Source: the human T2T-CHM13v2.0 reference genome, Homo sapiens
Assembly: GCF_009914755.1 (NCBI RefSeq)
Contig: NC_060925.1
Direction: 5' to 3' (one strand)
Length of the DNA stretch: 64,000 bases
In this document: positions 55,106 through 64,000 of the stretch, in pieces
Position numbering within the stretch: the first letter of the stretch is position 1
Layout of the letters: each line of letters starts with the position of its first letter
Position numbers and translations under genes: made by a program
Notes under the pieces: generated by a model
What the model saw: only the letters and a program-made list of their open reading frames with translations
Databases searched by the model: none
What the model was told of the DNA's origin: nothing

Positions 55106-55529
55106 GTTAACCACAATAAACTGTGCAACAGAAGGAGATTCCTTTTATAATCAACAGGCTCAGGGCCTATATTTTTGAAGTTGAACCACATGCCCTAGTG
55201 CCCTGGAGGACAACAAGTATAATATATTTTTGCTGTTTTGGACGAGCTTGAGGCTACAGGCACAGAGAAGGGGTTCCTGCAGGCTTTTGACCCTTTATTC
55301 CATCCCATGACCTCAACCCTGATAAAATAAGCAGGGGCTTTTGAATCAAGCTTGTCCACTGCCTGGACAATGAGGGGCAAGAAGCACACGGACTCTGGAT
55401 GCACCCATATGGGCCTGCGATTTTCGGGGTACCTGGTGGGAAAGTAACTTTGGAGAGTGAGCCATCTGCTCACATGGAAGAAAGAAGAATCTGATGCCTT
55501 TCTACTCACCACAAAAGCTCTCACCTCTA

Positions 55530-55890
55530 GTTTAATAAACTGTAGCTCATTCCCACGATGGGATACTGTGTGGCTATTAAACAGTATGAGTTAGACCAAA
55601 CATGGAAATAGGGAAAAAGAAAAAAAGGAGTTGCAGAATAACATTTTAGCATGATTTGCTTTTGTGCAAAATAAAAGCATTTACATATGCTTGTATGTAA
55701 ACATAGAGTATTTCTGGAAAGATTTATCAAAACTGTTCATGAAAATTACTTATCCAAGTAGGGCTCACTGGGTAGGAGGACCCGAGGGTAGACAGGCAGA
55801 TTTTAAGCTCCAGTTTATATAGCTGTCTGTGCCTTCGTAATTTTTGCAGTGACCTCTATTGCTTTTATAACAAAAGCCTTTTTGAATGAT
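55530..55890 (+). mobile_element. Old L1M 3' UTR fragment
   Basis: aataaactgt..tcattccc.cgatgggatactgtgtggctattaaa. Confidence 0.55.
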
Positions 55891-56460
55891 AGCAAACAAT
55901 GGAGCAATATTTAAAAGCTTATGTCAATGCCCCAGGAATATTTAGTCCATGAAACATATGTTGGAGTGAGATGCTCACTTGCATTTACATAATAATCACA
56001 ATAGATAATATATATTACATAGTAATCATGAAATATACTTAGATTTACATAATAATCATCATACGGAATGCGTATTGCTTAATGGTCATTATAAAACCTA
56101 TGTAGGCAGAAGCACAGGCATGGATCTGGAGCACTTAAAGGAGCTGGAGGAGAGGATGAGACTAGATCCCCCTTGCTGTAAATAAGACAGCCCCTCTTGC
56201 TGGCAGTAATCACAGCCATGAGTTGACTGTCCACCACGGCGGCACTAGATTAGTCACATCACCTACATTAGCTCTGATCCTCACAATAACTCTCAGAGGT
56301 GCTGGTGAGAGCTTCTATTTCTCTGTTTTACAGATGAGGAAACTGAGACTTTGGAAGTTTACCCCATTATCAAGGCAGAGAAGCTAACTGTTCAGCAACA
56401 CTCACGTGGCTCTTTCCATAGTGTAGAAATTGTGAGATTACACATTCTGGTCCCCTATCT

Positions 56461-56979
56461 CAGGGGTCCCCAAACCCAGAGCCACAGACTGGTACCAGTC
56501 CTTGGCTTGTTAGGAACTAGACCACACAGCAGGAGGTGAGCAGCAGGGGAGCAAGTGAAGCTTCACTGGTATTTACAGCCACTCCCCATGGCTCGCATTA
56601 CCACCTAAGCTCTGCCTCCTGTCAGATCAGCAGCAGCATTACATTCTCACAGGAGAGTGAACCCTATTGTGAACTGCGCATGTGAGGGATCCAGGTTGCT
56701 CCTTATGAGAATCTAATGCCTGATGATCTGTCACTGTCTCCCATCACCCCCAGATGGGACCATCTAGTTGCAGAAAAACAAGCTCAGGGCTCCCACTAAC
56801 TCTACATTATGGTGAGTTGTGTAACTATTTCATTATGTATTATAATGTAATCATAATAGAAATAAAGTGCACAATAAATATAATAAATATAATGTGCTTG
56901 AATCGTCCTGAAACCATCCCCCTCACCACCCCAGTCCATGGAAAAATTGTCTGGTGCCCAAGAAGTTTGGGGGCCACTG
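56461..56979 (+). mobile_element. MER1A (hAT-Charlie)
   Basis: caggggtccccaa...ttgggggccactg ends; internal ctcctgtcagatcagcagcagcatt; ~8-bp TSD ccctatct/ccttacct. Confidence 0.9.
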
Positions 56980-56989
56980 CCTTACCTCA

Positions 56990-57251
56990 GCAACACATGA
57001 CTAGAAGTGATATGTATCACTCTGGGCTAAGGTGGTAAGACATGCCCTCTCTGTCACCTTCCACCTCCACGCAGAAGTCTCCAGGGCCTTAGGAGATGGC
57101 AGAGTCACATCCTGGAAGGAGCCTGGATCTCTGAGTTACCACCTGGAGGGAAGCCACCCACTGACTTGAATGAGACATAAGCATCAGTGGAAAGGCTCTG
57201 AAATTTGAGCGTTTATTTGTTACTGCTACTAGTGTTACCCTAAGTCATGCA
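56990..57251 (+). mobile_element. MLT1 (H/I/J-like) LTR fragment
   Basis: agaagtgatatgtatcact..gatggcagagtcaca..ggaaggagcctggatc..ttatttgttactgc. Confidence 0.6.
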
Positions 57252-60139
57252 ACAACTGAAAGGCAGTGCCAGAAGGCCATTAGGTTTCAAAGCATACAGA
57301 GTAGCATGAAGACACCAGGGCCATTAGTCTTTAAAGCCCGTGCCCACATAATCATAGCAAAATAGCCCCCAAACCATACTATAAATCTACTGTTTACCTA
57401 TGGTCTTACCCAGCCACCAGCCCAGAGTGGGGCTCTGGACTGAAGCCAAGTGGAGAAACAAGTGGCATCAATGCACCTAGCATGCCCCCAGCTATGCAAC
57501 ACCTCCCCAGCCACCCTTCTCTGCACAGGAGCTGAAGGTGAGCATGGCTCCCCAGACAGACTATCATGGCCAGCAGTGTCAGCAGGAATCTCTATCCCAA
57601 GGAAGGCTCTGAGAGCTCTAGCTTTACCTCCAATCCTCCTCCATCATCAAACTCAGCACTGGCTCTGCCTGGAGTCATATTTACATAACCAAACATGACC
57701 CCCACCACACTTCCAACCCACCCACCTCCCTGAGGCCATTGGCGGTGTTCGTGGCATCCTTCTTGCCTGCCACAGTGGCTGAGCTGAGCTGGGGCCACTT
57801 CCCACACTGACTCATGCCCTTGGCCCTTATCTAGTCACACTGCCCAATGGGGAATGTGATGAGCTCTCTGAGAATCTTGAGGGGGCTGTCTAGTCCCAAA
57901 GGGGCTGGAGACTCTGGATAGGAATTTGGGCTATAAAAATTCTCTACATTTTAGAGGATATTTTATCTCCTATAAAGCTCCCAATGTTTTATAGATTTGG
58001 CCCTGTCATAGTGATTGGCAAAACTGGATCTGACAAAAAAAATTTTTGAGCTATGCCAATAACTGTGATTCCTCTTTGTTACTCATTGAGTGTAAGGCGT
58101 GGAGAAATATTGGTTCTGCCATTCACCAGGTATAGGCTTTGAAAGAGCAGAGGTGGGGTCTGTGTGTATTTACCACTGCATCATCAGATCCAGATCTCAG
58201 CAGACTGCCTGGAACACGGCCAGTGCTCAGAAATATTTGTTGTCTAAGAGTAAGGGGCCCTCTTCATGAGCCATGGAGAATTGGAAAGCCATAATTTTGG
58301 AGGAATATTAAATTTTGCTTCAAACATAGGTATAGTCTTTGGCTAATTTGTCCAGACATGGTCCCTGCAAGTTCGAAAGGGATGTGACAGGTAACCCTAC
58401 AAATAAGGGAAAAGATGCAAAGGGAGAGGATTCAAGCATTCCCGAAGACATCTGGGACCACAAGGAGAGGAAGCATTAATCTCCGAACTGTTCATTAACC
58501 CCTGCACTCCCAGACCACGCAATTTTCTAACACTCTCTCAGGAGAGGAGAGCGTGCTGGTGACAGACATAACATCGCGTGAGGCATCACAAGAGTTAGTA
58601 AGAACCAGGTCACTGCCCACTGCCTGATTTCTATGAAGACAGCATAGCTGGTCAGTGGTCAAAAAACAGAAGTGGGCCCCAACCCCGGAGACAAATGAGG
58701 AACTCCCCAGTCAAAGCCAATCGCAGTCTACTGGGGGATGAAAACAATGTACTTATGTGGTAAGCCTATAAAGAGGTGCTTTTCTGATATTTTCTAAAAC
58801 CTAAGCTTTTTTTTTTTTAATTCTACACAAGGAAGTGTTACACAGAGGCCCTGTTACAGCTGTTGCTTCACAAAAGTTGCATCAGTTTTCAGTGGCAATA
58901 TTAGCATTTAACTGTGCTAGAGCACCAATAGACACACACATCCTGAGAAATCAAGTAATTCATTTCCTCTTTCAATTCTAAGTATTTCATTGATGCATCC
59001 TTAAGTCTCTACGAAATGTGTTAATTTCCAGGGAAGAAAGGTAATCAGTAATGCTATTCTAAAATAAAACAACTAATTAAATTTTTTTTAAAAAAGAAGA
59101 CAGAAGTAGAATCATTGCGACTATTTCTTGATTAAGTAGCCTAAGTACATTCATCAGTGGTGTCGTTTTCTGGTTTCCAACAACATAATTTTGTTTGTTG
59201 ATTATTTTATCCAAAGATATTGCTATACTAAATATCCTGCCAACAGATGTTTCCTCCGGTTTATAGATGTTCACACTTGGTCCCAGACTCTCTTCTAGGT
59301 GCTGAGGATACAGCCGTGGACATCTAGCCCCAGCGCAGCTTGTATTCTGATGGGATAGGAGGTGAACCCCAGCAACTGAGCTCCTTTGTTCATGGCAATA
59401 AGCCGCCCAGAGCTGACTCCCATTCGGCTGACCACACTGGCTGTGAGCTGCAGCATTTCGGCTTCACGTCCAGGACCTCAGAAGTACAGCAGGAAACTTG
59501 ACCTAGTCCTCTTCCAGACTTCAGGCCCTTCCCTAACCCCAGCAAGACCAGCCAACAGGTTTCAGCTCCCAACACAGGGCGGATCTCAAACATAACAGGT
59601 GACTCAAATGCAGTCTGCGATAGAGTTGGCGCTTTGATGAGTGTCTGGCCCCAGGAGAAGGATTTCAGAAAGCGCAGTTCACAGCACACATCTGGAGGGG
59701 CATCCTCAGGGCTTGGGTTTCTGGCAGGCATCTGGGCTGAGGGACTAGCAGGGCTGTCTATGCGCTCACACAGGAAGCCCCGAGAAACATGCCACCCGTG
59801 GCAGCCAGCTGGGCTTTCCGCAGAGCCAGGGTTCTGTCCCACTTGTGAGCTGCTTATCTCATCCTCCACCCACACCCCAGGGAGGCAGTGAAGGGCTTTC
59901 AGGCAGGAGCAGCCTCATAAGCACTATAATAATGTCAGTTGACTTGAGTTGACTAATATCATGACAGCGTGTTGCAGTCTTCAGAGAAAGATACTAAAAT
60001 GGTTGTGCTATTACGGATCTCAGAGCATTAAGGAAAGTTGACCAGCTTTCACTGGGCTGAACCAAGGGGTGAAGCAGTCAGAGACAAGGCTGGGACTTTC
60101 CTGTTTCTGTAAAACATACTTCTTTCCATTCAAAAAGTT

Positions 60140-60750
<611 letters not shown>

Positions 60751-62389
60751 GTATGGAAATATTTATTCTGATTCTTCAGTTAGATCATTTGTGGGTTAAA
60801 TATGCCCCATGTAGCATTTCTTTCTGTAAATATACTGCCCCATCCCCCACATGGTATTAGACTGAGATTCCTAAGGGTAGAAACTATTTATCATTCATCT
60901 TTTTAGCCCCACTCCACCCAGTACAAAGCTCTATATAACATACCACTGGATAAATGTTATTTAAAGAAAAAAATGGATGAACAAGTGAACTCAGAATTCC
61001 CATACCGTTGCACCACGTTTTTTTCTAAACATGTGTTCACAGAATAGTAGCAGCAACAATGAGCATTATGAATGCCCTGTATTCAGAGTAAATAAGACTG
61101 TCAATCCAAAAGAAAAAGAAATAGTTAAGTGCATATATCTAGCCATATTGAAAGTTTCCTACCCTAAGTCCCCAGACAGCCCTCACTTGACTCTCATGAG
61201 TAGTAGGAGTGATAAACGAATGAATAAATGAATGACTTTTCTTCCTGGTCCACAGGCTTAGATTTTCCCAGTCTGGATATCAAGGGCATTCCATGCAGTG
61301 AGACTTTAAAGTCTCTAGAGAGGGACAGGAACCACCTGAAGTTGTTTCAGCTTAGACGTCCCTTTCCTTAGTAGCTCCTTCCTCCAGGGTGAGGCAGGAA
61401 GTGATCGCCAGCTGCCTCCCTGTTGACCAGGCTATGAAACCTTTTACAGTCACTTGGCTTCACTTCTGTGCTGTTTTTTTGGGTGAAGACTTTCTCATTT
61501 TCTGGTAAAGCAGATATTTAAGGGGCAGGAAACTCAACATCAAAAGACCGGAACAGAAGAGAGAAATCCTTGCATTATTCGGAACCAGCGAGTATGTATG
61601 GTGCAGGCAACTGAAACACCCTCTCTCTCTGCCTTTTTTTTTTTTTTTTTTTGCATTGAACACTCTCAGTGTCTTCAAATTCCTAAGATTTTTTTCTTAA
61701 CATCTCACATTTTATTAAATAAATCCAACCGCTGTGTATCACCGTCATTCTTAGCAAAGAATACATTAGCTATTTTCTTTGCAAAACAAAACCTAACTCT
61801 CATCTAAATAAAATCTACATGCAAAAGTAAGTGATATTTTCTGATCAGTACAATAGAATTGCCGTAAGTTTGGTCAAGGCTCTTGGCCTGCTTTCTAAAG
61901 ATGTCCCTAGTATCTAGAGAGATCTCAAAATCTGTAATCATCGTGGGAAAACTTTTTCTGTGTTCAGAAATTCAGGATGACAAGAACTATCATTTTGGCA
62001 ATATCTTAGAGGAGAATCTGAAAAGCTTCTGGCCACAGAAACGCCTAAATATGCTGTACAAAAATAATAAGTGTGGTGTTAAAAGCACAGCTGAAATGAG
62101 TGAAGGAAATCCCAGAGACTGAGTATAAAGAAGGTCTGAGCACAAGAAAAAGTGCTGACACTTGGCTGCCTGAGCAGTGGGAGATCCGCTGAGGGAAAAC
62201 AAGGTCACCTCAAGTTTCATAACCACAGACCACACTTCACATGGGTTTGGAGCTTAAGTTTACTCACCTGTATGGTCTAGGAAAGCTACGTCAATTAATT
62301 AACATAAAAGGAGTCCCAATATCACAAGAGCACTTGCCAAAACAAATAAAAAACTTCTCTATAGAAACCAATCTTCAACCTCTGCCACA

Positions 62390-63095
62390 CAAGATTCCCA
62401 TAGTGAGCACATTCTTTTAAATAGAAGCTCACAATCGAAAATTACAAAATGCGTTTAGAGACATGAGCAAGAGTGCACTACAAACAAGAATAAACAGACA
62501 CAACGGGCGGCACAGGTAATGAGTCCCCAGAACCCCCAGAACATCAGCTAATAGAACTATCAGAAGGAGGATACGAATTGTTGTTAACATAACTGAAATG
62601 TAAAAGGAGAAATCAAAATTTTGAGAAAATAAATTTAAAAGACCAGGCATATTTGAAAAAGTACCATATGTTACCTCTAGAAATGAAATGTGTAACATTA
62701 AAAATAAAAACTTAATAAACGGGGCAAAGATTGCCAAAGAGAGAATTGATCATCCAGGAAGTGGTTTGGAAACAAATTACCTAGAATGCAACACAGAAAG
62801 ATAAAGATATTTCTTACATGAAAGAGAACTTAAATACATGGAAGATGAAATGAGAAGCTCTAGCATGCATTACATAGGAGCTCCAGAAAGAAAGAATGGG
62901 GTAAGAGGCAATATTTTAAGATAGTGTCTGACAGTTTTCTAGAACAAGATGAAAATCAGATTCAGGTAGCATAATTAGTTCAAAACGAGATATAAAAATC
63001 TAGAGGCATTATAAGGAAAAGCTGCCAAAGGGCAAAATCAATTGGGAAAAAAAAAAGAAAAGATTACTTTCAAAGAAACAACTGTTTGACAGCAG
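62390..63095 (+). mobile_element. Old L1/HAL1 ORF1-region relic
   Basis: A-rich; aaaattacaaaa..; aattacctagaatgcaacacagaaagataaag; ataggagctccagaaag. Confidence 0.6.
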
Positions 63096-63112
63096 ACTTA
63101 AAAAAAAAAAAA

Positions 63113-64000
63113 AACTTTTACTTTAGGTTCAGGGGTACATGTGAAGGTTCGTTATATAGGGAAATTTGTGTCACGGGGGTTTGTTGTACAGACTATTTCA
63201 TCACCCAGGTATCAAGCCCAGTATCCACTAGTTATCTTTTCTGCTCCTCTCCCTCCTCCCACCCTCCACCTTCAGGTAGACCCCAGTGTCTGTTATTCCC
63301 TTCTTTGTGTTCATGAGTTCTCATCATTTAGCTCCCACTTACATGTGAGAATGTGTGGCATTTGGTTTTCTGTTCTTGCATTAGTTTGCTTAGGATAATA
63401 GCCTCCAGCTCCATTCATGGTCCCACAAAAGACAAGATCTCATTCCTTTTTTATGGCTGCATAGTACTATATGATGTATGTATACCACATTTTCCTTATT
63501 CAATCTGTCATTGACGGGCATTTAGGTTGATTCCACATCTTTGCTATTGTGAATAGTGCTGCAATGAACATTCACGTGCATGTGTCTTTACTGTAGAATG
63601 ATTTATATTCCTCTAGATATATACCCAGTAATGGGACTCCTGGGTCAAATGGTAGTTCTGTTTTTAGCTCTTTGAGGAATTGCCATACTGCTTTCCACAG
63701 TGGTTGAACTAATTTACGCTCCTACCAACAGTGTATAAGTGTTCCCTTTTCTCTGCAACCTTGCCAGCATCTGTTTTTGTTTATTTTTGATAATAGCCAT
63801 TCTGACCAGTATGAGATGGTATCTCATTGTGGTTTCAATTTGCATTTCTCTAATGACCAGTGATGTTGAGTTTTTTTCATATGCTTGTTGACTGCATGTG
63901 TGTCTTCTTTTGAAAAATGTCTGTTAATGTTCTTTGCCCACTTTTTAATAGGGTTGTTTTTGTCTTATAAATTTAAGTTCCTTATAGATGCTGGATATTA
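63113..64000 (-). mobile_element. L1PA (about PA11-13) 3' end, running off the window
   Basis: aacttttactttaggttcaggggtacatgtg...catcacccaggta...tttagctcccactta..gtgagaa. Confidence 0.92.

Noticed and set aside
54707-55191. Poly-K/E, poly-L and poly-S ORFs
   Set aside because: Translations of the GAA/GAG microsatellite.
58494-58600. piggyBac-like element (ttaaccc...gagtta)
   Set aside because: No convincing terminal inverted repeats or second TTAA; similarity to 26640 is limited to ~14 bp.

Overview
Primate (most likely human) non-coding genomic DNA, roughly 45% GC by eye. It is dominated by interspersed repeats: about 14 Alu/FLAM/FRAM copies (two AluY), L1 relics, L2, MIR, MaLR/ERV LTRs, hAT and Tigger DNA transposons, one near-complete MamSINE1, and several simple or tandem repeats. 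No intact protein-coding gene, rRNA, functional tRNA or CRISPR array is supported, and nearly all listed ORFs are repeat-derived or chance. The most notable segment is ~31-35 kb. It has a CpG-enriched promoter/enhancer-like stretch, a cluster of HNF1-type and TCF/LEF motifs, and an exon-like sequence with a strong Kozak ATG (34776) encoding MAPAPVTLLAPGAASSMSCSQP(G). From memory, that peptide is the non-MST1-derived N-terminus of the annotated human MST1L protein, yet no MST1 exons occur in the window. This suggests the window is the donor (or a paralog) of the promoter/first exon captured by the chimeric MST1L gene through segmental duplication. Also notable is a ~83%-identical ancient direct duplication (39.9 kb / 42.3 kb) with a perfectly conserved TAATCC-containing core. 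Repeat subfamily names are by-eye recognitions and boundaries are approximate unless TSDs are given.
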